In this document: positions 25,939 to 33,149 of the stretch, piece by piece | Position numbering within the stretch: position 1 is the first letter of the stretch | Layout: the number at the start of each line of letters is the position of its first letter | Sequence record: NC_005066.1 | Strand: one strand, 5' to 3' | Length of the DNA stretch: 64,000 nt | From: Escherichia phage RB49 | Notes under the pieces: model-generated | What the model saw: only the letters and a program-made list of their open reading frames with translations | Told to the model about the DNA's origin: nothing | The model's database searches: none | Made by a program: the position numbers and the translations under genes

Positions 25939-26127
25939 TCAACACTTAACGCTATTCAAACGATTTTGAAAGTACATATAGCAAGCATAATTTTGCTTTG
26001 GCTGTACCGTATCAGATAGACACGCTTTTACAGCCTCGCGGTCCGATGGATCTACACCCTCAGCTTTAAGTAATGCTAAAATCTGGTTATAGCGTACTCT
26101 TAGTTGTACTAATGGTTTATCCCCCAT
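25939..26127 (-). CDS. small hypothetical protein (62 aa)
   Basis: Track ORF. Confidence 0.4.
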   Translation of the reverse strand: MGDKPLVQLRVRYNQILALLKAEGVDPSDREAVKACLSDTVQPKQNYACYMYFQNRLNSVKC

Positions 26128-26136
26128 ATTACCCCC

Positions 26137-26358
26137 TTATAGTTGATCAGCGATGTAAGCGTGACAAGCGCGGAGTTTCATTAATGCACTACCTTTCACT
26201 TCGCCGACGATGTTCATAACTTCTAAGCGGTCGGATGGATTCATCTTAGAGCACCAGATCTGGTTAGCCAATTCCAGTTTACTCATATTTGGTTCCATCT
26301 CAAACAGTTCACGCTCAAAGTCGATAATTTCTTTTGCTGCGTCTTTAAAGTTAATCAT
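26137..26358 (-). CDS. small hypothetical protein (73 aa)
   Basis: Promoter cassette upstream. Confidence 0.45.
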   Translation of the reverse strand: MINFKDAAKEIIDFERELFEMEPNMSKLELANQIWCSKMNPSDRLEVMNIVGEVKGSALMKLRACHAYIADQL

Positions 26359-26416
26359 TTTGGTCCTCCCGTTTCGTTGATGGTTGTATTGTAGGGGAGT
26401 TATCCTCCCCTGTCAA
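26359..26416 (-). promoter_or_regulatory. early promoter cassette with stem-loop (TTGACA-17-TACAAT)
   Basis: Palindrome AGGGGAG..CTCCCCT. Confidence 0.5.
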
Positions 26417-26424
26417 CACTTTTA

Positions 26425-26610
26425 TCAGAAATATGCAATATAGTTTGCCAGTCCTACAGAGTCATCATTCGGCATTGCTTTTACTGCCAGTTCAAACCCT
26501 GCTTCAACTTTCTGTTTAGCGGATTCTTCGTTATAACCCCAGATTACCAGAATAGCTACTACGTTTTCTTTGCTTACTGCTTTCAGTGCTTTAGTGATGC
26601 GACGTGCCAT
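26425..26610 (-). CDS. small hypothetical protein (61 aa)
   Basis: Promoter cassette upstream. Confidence 0.45.
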   Translation of the reverse strand: MARRITKALKAVSKENVVAILVIWGYNEESAKQKVEAGFELAVKAMPNDDSVGLANYIAYF

Positions 26611-26685
26611 AATTTGATTCTCCGTTTAAGAAAGTGTGTTTCGTTTCGATGGGTGTATTATGCTATAGGCAGGATCTGGTGTCAA
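26611..26685 (-). promoter_or_regulatory. early promoter cassette (TTGACA-17-CATAAT)
   Basis: Conserved leader CATCGAAACGAAACAC; GGAGAATCAAA RBS. Confidence 0.55.
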
Positions 26686-26711
26686 CAACTTTTTTAAAAA
26701 AATTTTAGGCA

Positions 26712-26739
26712 ATAAAAAAGCCACTCCGAAGAGTGGCTT
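26712..26739 (-). terminator. rho-independent terminator
   Basis: Hairpin gccactc-cgaa-gagtggc with T-run on the minus strand. Confidence 0.6.
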
Positions 26740-26888
26740 ATAGGGAAGGTAGCGAATCTTCCTTGTCTCCAACCTGCTAGCGGCCTAGCAAGTGAATGCT
26801 TTAGCGTACCGGATCGCCCACATACGCTGTAATAAATGCGGCTAGGTGACGTCCAAATCATTCTAACCGCGCTGTCTTTAGTTCACTA

Positions 26889-27107
26889 TTATTTATATCG
26901 CTTTCTCTCGCGACGTTTTTGGTCTTCTTCCTTGATAGAGTTAAATGCATCAAAAAGACACATGGCACTAATAATAAACATAACCGTATTTTCTACGATA
27001 TCCCACGGCTTCGCATCAGTACAGATCCCCCAAACGGTAAGAAATGCAAATAAGGCAGAAGAGATCACAAGCATGATACTTGCTAAGATATAAAAAGTCA
27101 TTTTCAT
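26889..27107 (-). CDS. small hydrophobic membrane protein (72 aa)
   Basis: TM helices; basic C-terminus. Confidence 0.4.
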   Translation of the reverse strand: MKMTFYILASIMLVISSALFAFLTVWGICTDAKPWDIVENTVMFIISAMCLFDAFNSIKEEDQKRRERKRYK

Positions 27108-27298
27108 GGTTTTACCTCAATTCTTCGATATTCATCACACATCCACACAGTAAGCAAGAATCCCAGCACATAAGCAACAAAATACGTTAATGCTTCTTCT
27201 GGTTCGGTGCTATGCGCCATCATCAGACCAGCGAGAAAGGTCTTAACAATTACATTTAAAATAATTAGCCACGCAAATAATTTCATAGTTTGCCCCAT
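27104..27298 (-). CDS. small hydrophobic membrane protein (64 aa)
   Basis: TM helices. Confidence 0.4.
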   Translation of the reverse strand: MGQTMKLFAWLIILNVIVKTFLAGLMMAHSTEPEEALTYFVAYVLGFLLTVWMCDEYRRIEVKP

Positions 27299-27522
27299 TT
27301 CGGACGAGTATTTTCAAACTTATACATTACGTAACAATCTCGAATCATCCACGTAACAAGAGCACCAGTCAACACAGACAATACGCAGAAGAAGTAAAAC
27401 GGTCCGGTTGCATTATCAACATGAGCAAGCCAGGTAAAGAAAACACATGCTAAGAATGTAAAGAACATCATAAAGCACAAGAAAGCGAAATATTTTATAC
27501 TACTCATAGCGCCACCATACAA
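27283..27522 (-). CDS. small hydrophobic membrane protein (79 aa)
   Basis: TM helices. Confidence 0.4.
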   Translation of the reverse strand: MYGGAMSSIKYFAFLCFMMFFTFLACVFFTWLAHVDNATGPFYFFCVLSVLTGALVTWMIRDCYVMYKFENTRPKWGKL

Positions 27523-27610
27523 CAGATCATAAGAAACCCCAACGCAATAAGAATTGCGTCAAATTTAGTGAACTCCGGTCCACCTATCAACATCATTCGT
27601 TCTATTTCGT

Positions 27611-27853
27611 TCATAGCGTACAAAGCCATTTAAAAGCACCACATAAAGCGAGCAGAATACTAGGTATAAACGAGACCAAAACAAGTTTGCAAAAATCATC
27701 TAAGGTAACACCGGAATAGCTACCTACTGTAACAACACCGATCATCAGACACAGAAAGAAAACAAATGCAATCATAAACAAAGTATTGCTAAACAGTTTA
27801 GTGATCATTAGACACCCCACGACGATCAATTTCAAAAACTTTTTTATCATCAA
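27611..27853 (-). CDS. small hydrophobic membrane protein (80 aa)
   Basis: TM helices. Confidence 0.4.
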   Translation of the reverse strand: MMIKKFLKLIVVGCLMITKLFSNTLFMIAFVFFLCLMIGVVTVGSYSGVTLDDFCKLVLVSFIPSILLALCGAFKWLCTL

Positions 27854-28001
27854 CGAAGCATGTCACAACTGCCTCGTTGACTTCCGCAAATTGTTGTGTC
27901 ACCCACTTAAGGTCAGAGCGAAACAATGTTCTATTAATAACAAATGTTTTACCGCTCTTATCCTTACCCATAAATTTTGCTTTACCCATATCCAATTCCA
28001 T
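27798..28001 (-). CDS. small hypothetical protein (67 aa)
   Basis: Track ORF. Confidence 0.35.
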   Translation of the reverse strand: MELDMGKAKFMGKDKSGKTFVINRTLFRSDLKWVTQQFAEVNEAVVTCFVDDKKVFEIDRRGVSNDH

Positions 28002-28011
28002 ATTATCACCT

Positions 28012-28170
28012 TATTTGCTAATCGCTAAACCCAATCCGAAGAGAGCACCCGATGCTACAGTATACCCGAAAGTTTCAAAGGCAGTAAAGATATCTAAGCC
28101 ACCAGCTAACAGAGTTGCAGTAAACAGAGTACCAGCTACGAACATAAAAGTTTTACCGATGAATTTCATT
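28012..28170 (-). CDS. small Gly-rich hydrophobic peptide (52 aa), below track cutoff
   Basis: Hand-translated MKFIGKTFMFVAGTLFTATLLAGGLDIFTAFETFGYTVASGALFGLGLAISK; promoter cassette and GGAGAATCAAA RBS upstream. Confidence 0.4.
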
Positions 28171-28231
28171 TTGATTCTCCTTTCGTTTGTTTGTGGGGGT
28201 ATCTTACTACCCCCCGTTTCATGTTGTCAAC
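28171..28231 (-). promoter_or_regulatory. early promoter cassette with stem-loop (TTGACA-18-TAAGAT)
   Basis: Palindrome GGGGGGTAGTAAGATACCCCC (rc). Confidence 0.5.
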
Positions 28232-28236
28232 TATTT

Positions 28237-28620
28237 TTAAGAATATTTTACTTCGTCTACAATGTCTTTCATGACATTGATTTCCATTCCGGTCAGAACA
28301 CGTTGGAACATGTGCTGCACATACGCTTTCAGGTATTCATTTGATGGCTTGCTATCGAAAGTCTTTTTAGTGTAGTAGTCATCACCGAAAGCTACTGTAA
28401 TTATATTTTCGTCGTCGTTCCAAGCGATATAAGCAAATTTGCCGTTATCCCAGAAGCGAGCACTAATTGCTACTTTTGTTGAATCGAATCCTACTTCGCT
28501 GTGAGATTCAAGAACTACTTGCGTGCCAGTTTCTTTATGAATGTAGTAGCGGGATACTAAGTCAAAGTTACGGGTGTAGTGACATTCGAATTTATCTTTA
28601 AACATCATCATCATTTTGAT
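28237..28620 (-). CDS. hypothetical protein (start uncertain)
   Basis: Track ORF 28237..28683 trimmed to the Met cluster downstream of the cassette at 28621-28680. Confidence 0.45.
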   Translation of the reverse strand: MKMMMMFKDKFECHYTRNFDLVSRYYIHKETGTQVVLESHSEVGFDSTKVAISARFWDNGKFAYIAWNDDENIITVAFGDDYYTKKTFDSKPSNEYLKAYVQHMFQRVLTGMEINVMKDIVDEVKYS

Positions 28621-28680
28621 TCTCCTAAGTGTGTTTCGTTTCGATATGTGCATTATGCTATAGTCGTTTATGGTTGTCAA
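28621..28680 (-). promoter_or_regulatory. early promoter cassette (TTGACA-17-CATAAT)
   Basis: rc of 28652-28680. Confidence 0.5.
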
Positions 28681-28686
28681 CAACTA

Positions 28687-28717
28687 AAAACAAAAAAACC
28701 CCGAAAAATTTTCGGGG
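28687..28717 (-). terminator. rho-independent terminator downstream of 57B/acb1-like gene
   Basis: Hairpin ccccgaaaa-at-tttcgggg with a 7-nt T-run on the minus strand. Confidence 0.7.
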
Positions 28718-28724
28718 TATAAAA

Positions 28725-29195
28725 TTACAGTTTGGTCGTCCACTCCAGGTCTAGATCTTCGACATACTCATGAGATCGGACAATCTCTAAATCGAACTCT
28801 AGGTCAGTGCCAAATTTACGCGCACCAACATCATAAGAAAGCGTGATATGCGGTACATATTCAGGATAATCCCACGTCGCGCCTAAAGCAGTTCCGATAT
28901 CGTGTCTGAATTGCATGTAGTCGCTTTCAAATGCCAACACAAGCGCATTAGTACCGGATTGAGTTTCAAACACTTTCAGATGGCATAGAGAGCCTAAAAA
29001 CTTTTCACCCTCTTCTGGGATAAACGGAACATAGACACGAGAATATAAGATAGTGCTATGCAGTTTATCACGAGGAACGGCATTAGGCAGATCGTAGAAC
29101 TCCTGCAATTTTTCAATGCGGTCTAGTGTATCCTCAGTGAATTTAACCGCCGCATATGTACCTTTAACGGATTCTCGAAACGGGGTCATAATCAA
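28725..29195 (-). CDS. acb1: 2H-phosphoesterase, Acb1-like anti-CBASS nuclease (T4 57B position)
   Basis: 156 aa; two H-x-T/S motifs (KLHSTIL, VPHITLS); immediately precedes 57A and gene 1 as T4 57B does. Confidence 0.65.
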   Translation of the reverse strand: MIMTPFRESVKGTYAAVKFTEDTLDRIEKLQEFYDLPNAVPRDKLHSTILYSRVYVPFIPEEGEKFLGSLCHLKVFETQSGTNALVLAFESDYMQFRHDIGTALGATWDYPEYVPHITLSYDVGARKFGTDLEFDLEIVRSHEYVEDLDLEWTTKL

Positions 29196-29458
29196 GCCTC
29201 CGTGATCAGTTCTACTTCCTCTTTAGCGTCTTCCGCTGCTTCGTCTTTAGGGAGAAGTGCTTTCACTTCTTCGACAATAGCATCAAGGGAAACAGTGCCG
29301 TTTTCGTCTGGCTGAATACCCAGAATGCGTACAAGTTCCATCAATACACGCTCACGATCTTTCAGTTGGCCTTCTAAGAATGCGGCCTTTTCTTGAGTGT
29401 CAAACAGACGTACTTTCAGGACATTAATCATTTGTTCATGCTGATTGGACATATTCAC
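29192..29458 (-). CDS. 57A: tail fiber assembly chaperone gp57A-like
   Basis: 88 aa, acidic coiled-coil-like; position directly upstream of gene 1. Confidence 0.55.
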   Translation of the reverse strand: MNMSNQHEQMINVLKVRLFDTQEKAAFLEGQLKDRERVLMELVRILGIQPDENGTVSLDAIVEEVKALLPKDEAAEDAKEEVELITEA

Positions 29459-29484
29459 ATCTCCTACTTGTTGATAACTTTTTA

Positions 29485-30141
29485 TTAAATGTTCGCGAGA
29501 ATCGCGCTTTCAAATTCTTCTAATGTGCCATTATTTATGATAACTGTTTCACCGTCAATAGGCAAAATTCCTTTTTCGGTGGAGTGGGTCGATACAATAC
29601 CAGTATCGCGCTGAATATGCAACACCTTAGCACCCATAGCACGCATGAGAGCAATTTCAATAGGCTGACGCACATCAACCACTACAAAATACCCTTCTTC
29701 ATTTTTGCGCTTCATAAACTCATCCACAAAGAGATTACACCAATAAAGCGGATTGATCAAGTTAACCATTATATCAGTACCGAGAGTGGTTAACATGAGA
29801 CGAATAGACCAGACGTTATTATGTTTTTCGCCAATCTCATTAACGACCTTGTAAATCTCAGCCAGACGATCACAAGTAAAGGAACTACCGCCATACTTCG
29901 AATCTAGCATAAGCAGACACTGAATAAACCACTTATGCGCGGTATAGGTATCAATACCTAGATCGGCTTCTCTGTCACGCCCTAACCCGTCAAAGTCAAG
30001 ATAAGTCAGACCTAAGTCTGGTTGACATTCGCATAAGATTTCTTTGATCGGTGCTGCCAGTTGATAACTATGTCCATCAATGATTAACGCGGCAGTGTCT
30101 TTTCCTACTCGCTTTTTACCACAAAGTGCAATCAATTTCAT
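29485..30141 (-). CDS. 1: deoxynucleoside monophosphate kinase
   Basis: 218 aa; MKLIALCGKKRVGKDT P-loop N-terminus as in T4 gp1. Confidence 0.85.
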   Translation of the reverse strand: MKLIALCGKKRVGKDTAALIIDGHSYQLAAPIKEILCECQPDLGLTYLDFDGLGRDREADLGIDTYTAHKWFIQCLLMLDSKYGGSSFTCDRLAEIYKVVNEIGEKHNNVWSIRLMLTTLGTDIMVNLINPLYWCNLFVDEFMKRKNEEGYFVVVDVRQPIEIALMRAMGAKVLHIQRDTGIVSTHSTEKGILPIDGETVIINNGTLEEFESAILANI

Positions 30142-30156
30142 TATATAAGCCTCTTA

Positions 30157-30747
30157 TTACTTTCTAAAAGCAGGGTGCATAGCTTTAATACCTTCCACTC
30201 GCTGACGATCCGCCGCCTGAATTGCAGGGCGAGGAACGATCAGTTGACCATCACGTTCAATGCTCATTGTTTTAAATGGAAGAATTGCAGTACACACCAG
30301 AGATTCATGCATATCATCGGTGTATGTTAACTCAAGTTCCCCCAATTGTGAACACCAACAACCATAAAAGTTAAAAGTGCACACAATGTTACGTCGTTCG
30401 TTGTCCATCATGTGAACTTGAACGGCTTCCGGCATTGAATCCTTCCACGCAGTGGAGTTACCGTTATTGTAGTCTACTATAGAAAGCATCCATGTGTAAA
30501 GGTTTAGATAGCTTTCCAAATGCTCATCGACAATAAACCGGACTACCAACGGGTCAAACTCCACATGACTGGAAGGATAATCTGCAATAGCCAAACCATA
30601 TTGACCAGCAACTTGCTTAGTCGGTGGAATGGTTATAGCCGGAAGCGTAACACCTTGAGCATTTAAAGTAAAGCCTTTTGTTAGCTGTCCATCTGGAATA
30701 TTGATCTGCCAGTTGCTAGGGTTAGCATAGTTAAAGAGATTAGACAT
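30157..30747 (-). CDS. 3: tail completion / sheath stabiliser protein gp3-like
   Basis: 196 aa; assigned by synteny between gene 1 and gene 2. Confidence 0.5.
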   Translation of the reverse strand: MSNLFNYANPSNWQINIPDGQLTKGFTLNAQGVTLPAITIPPTKQVAGQYGLAIADYPSSHVEFDPLVVRFIVDEHLESYLNLYTWMLSIVDYNNGNSTAWKDSMPEAVQVHMMDNERRNIVCTFNFYGCWCSQLGELELTYTDDMHESLVCTAILPFKTMSIERDGQLIVPRPAIQAADRQRVEGIKAMHPAFRK

Positions 30748-30936
30748 TACTGATTCCTCAAATGAAAATATTTATTAACAATTGTCGCTTTGCGACGTGC
30801 CGTAGGCACTGACTAATTTTTAACCGAAACAAATTTTTATTATTCTAAAGATCTTTCTTCGTTTTGGTTATGTTTTAACCAATAACTATATTTTTATACA
30901 GTAATAAATAAAACGGGTACTATACGAGGACTTCTT

Positions 30937-31191
30937 ATGACAGAAGACATTTTGTTAAAACTCTATGATCGTTTGGATAACGAATTAGCAACATTGCGGG
31001 GTGAAGTTCTCTATTTGTCTAAATGCAATACAGATCTGCTTAAGCAGATTGCAGAAAGGGATGATCAAATAAAATCCCTTTCAGGTGCATTACGTGATCG
31101 CGACAAGGCATTAGAGATTTTACAGCGTGTTACCAATAAGGAAGAATTAAAAGACTTCTTACATGGTTATGCTCATGCTATCGATCTATAA
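30937..31191 (+). CDS. small coiled-coil hypothetical protein (84 aa), opposite orientation to neighbours
   Basis: GAGGA RBS; upstream TAATAAATA late-promoter-like box; hairpin at 31198-31216 downstream. Confidence 0.4.
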   Translation: MTEDILLKLYDRLDNELATLRGEVLYLSKCNTDLLKQIAERDDQIKSLSGALRDRDKALEILQRVTNKEELKDFLHGYAHAIDL

Positions 31192-31216
31192 TAAAAAAGC
31201 CCGTCATTGACGGGCT
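31192..31216 (-). terminator. hairpin terminator downstream of gp2
   Basis: agcccgtca-t-tgacgggct preceded by plus-strand A-run (T-run on the minus strand). Confidence 0.55.
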
Positions 31217-31221
31217 TAATG

Positions 31222-32043
31222 TTATGCATCCTTCCAAACTTTCCTTGCGTCGTATTTCTTGCCTTTTGACATAAACTGATATGTAGGCATATAGATAATA
31301 TTGCTCCAGTCTTTCGGGCTAATCTCAACAAGTTTTGTTTTAATGTGTCCCGGTAGATATGCTTTGATCATGTGGTCACTACCACGCATACCTTTTACAT
31401 CGCTCCATTTGATTTTTAAGCGTGTTTTATTGCTCAAGGTAGGAGTAGATGCATATTGCTTTAAAAGTGCCTCTAAAAACTGCTGACGGGCTTTAGGAGT
31501 TACATAGTGTAAGTTAAGACCCAGCATCACAGTATTACCCGCCTTTGTCTTAGAATCACCCAGACAAATGATCAGCGGGAAAACATCCCAATATGGCAAA
31601 GTGTCTTTATACTTAGCATCATACATAAAGGTATAGATTCGCCCTACTTGCGGTTTTACAATCTGGTGTCCCTTTATTCCCGCTTTTATTGTTTTAGTAA
31701 ACCACTCCTGTGATTTTTCTTTAGGACGACTCTTTGATACAGCACGCATAGACGCACGAAAATCATTAATCATCATCATTGCACGTTGCTGCTTATTGAG
31801 ACCCTTTGCTCCTTTCCCTTTTAGTTTTTCAACTTCTATTGCTGTTTTAATTTCGCTGGCATAACGAGACATACTTTTAGTGAAAGTCGCATAGGCTATT
31901 CCCTTAGAATCTGCAAATGCTTTAGCTGTCATGCCTTTGGCTTTTGCTTTCGCAAATTCTACACCCAATTCGACCCACTGTTTAGACTTTCGTTTTTGGG
32001 GAGACGGCTTTTCGTCTTCTGTGATTATTTCAAATACGCTCAT
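31222..32043 (-). CDS. 2: DNA end protector protein gp2-like
   Basis: 273 aa, basic; synteny 3-2-4 and size match T4 gp2. Confidence 0.6.
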   Translation of the reverse strand: MSVFEIITEDEKPSPQKRKSKQWVELGVEFAKAKAKGMTAKAFADSKGIAYATFTKSMSRYASEIKTAIEVEKLKGKGAKGLNKQQRAMMMINDFRASMRAVSKSRPKEKSQEWFTKTIKAGIKGHQIVKPQVGRIYTFMYDAKYKDTLPYWDVFPLIICLGDSKTKAGNTVMLGLNLHYVTPKARQQFLEALLKQYASTPTLSNKTRLKIKWSDVKGMRGSDHMIKAYLPGHIKTKLVEISPKDWSNIIYMPTYQFMSKGKKYDARKVWKDA

Positions 32044-32054
32044 AATATTATCCT

Positions 32055-32528
32055 CTATTTGTTAAGCCCTTTAAAGCCAAACACTTTCTTTAATGCATGT
32101 TCGGTGATGATCTTAAACTCCATGTTATGCTTTTGGCATAATTTCACGGCAGCTAACCATTTTTCAGTATTTTTTGTGTATGTCCATACTTCATGCATAT
32201 ATCGTTGCTTTGTCTTCGCGGTCATTCTTTTTGGCTTTTCCGGTGGCCTTGTCTCTTTAGCTGGTTTAACTTCCCATAAATGCTCCTTGCCATCATCAAA
32301 CTTAACGTAAAAATCCATAAAGTATCTGTGTCTTTTCCCGTCTGTCGATGACTCATAAGGAATTACTACGGTCTCAGATCCCCATTTTGCAACTCTAGGA
32401 TTGCGGTCTAGCCACTGCATGATCCATCTTTCCCAGCTTGAACGGTATGTGATCTTACGTATATCCCCTTTATACTTTTCCTTATTCTCAGGAACATACT
32501 TGCCCTTATAAGTGTTAGATCCTCCCAT
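32055..32528 (-). CDS. 4: head completion protein gp4
   Basis: 157 aa; MGGSNTYKGKY..YRSSWER resembles T4 gp4 N-terminus as recalled. Confidence 0.8.
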   Translation of the reverse strand: MGGSNTYKGKYVPENKEKYKGDIRKITYRSSWERWIMQWLDRNPRVAKWGSETVVIPYESSTDGKRHRYFMDFYVKFDDGKEHLWEVKPAKETRPPEKPKRMTAKTKQRYMHEVWTYTKNTEKWLAAVKLCQKHNMEFKIITEHALKKVFGFKGLNK

Positions 32529-32543
32529 TTTAGCACCCTTTAT

Positions 32544-32551
32544 TATAAATA
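32544..32551 (+). promoter_or_regulatory. T4-type late promoter TATAAATA (gene 53)
   Basis: Exact TATAAATA 33 nt upstream of gene 53 ATG. Confidence 0.6.
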
Positions 32552-32583
32552 CATAATACTATTTATCAATTGAGGGTGATAAA

Positions 32584-33138
32584 ATGCTCTTTTCTTTCTT
32601 CCCTGCCATTGAATACAACGGCAAGATGATTACTGACATTGTGCGCAATTACCGCGCATATTTCAACGCAATAATTTCTGATTATAACATACAAACATAT
32701 TACATTCAAGGTAGTCCACGACCGGAACAAGTTGCATATGAAGTATACGGAAACCAACAACTTTATTGGATCTTGCTGATGCTTAATGACGTATACGATC
32801 CGTTCCATGACTGGATCACTGATCAAGAGACAGCATATGAATCAGCCGAACAGCGATATGCAAATGTAGGAGGAAATCAAGTATTATACCACGTTGATAT
32901 TGACGGAAACAAGTATTGGAATCTTACCGAATATCCGAAAGGATCAAGCAACTGGTATGATAAAGGGGATATTCATCACCGTCATTTGCAGTTTCATGGT
33001 GCATTATCGGCGGTAGACACGCTGGAAGATGCGATCCTCCGCAATGAGGAACGACGCAAGATCAAGATCATAGATCCTACACAAATTAAACAATTTATTA
33101 ACGCATTCATTCGAGAAATGGAAAAGGCTGATGTGTAA
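32584..33138 (+). CDS. 53: baseplate wedge protein gp53
   Basis: 184 aa; YYIQGSPRPE..YGNQQLYW..YDPFHDWIT..KIKIIDP similar to T4 gp53. Confidence 0.85.
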   Translation: MLFSFFPAIEYNGKMITDIVRNYRAYFNAIISDYNIQTYYIQGSPRPEQVAYEVYGNQQLYWILLMLNDVYDPFHDWITDQETAYESAEQRYANVGGNQVLYHVDIDGNKYWNLTEYPKGSSNWYDKGDIHHRHLQFHGALSAVDTLEDAILRNEERRKIKIIDPTQIKQFINAFIREMEKADV

Positions 33139-33149
33139 GGTGATTAATT

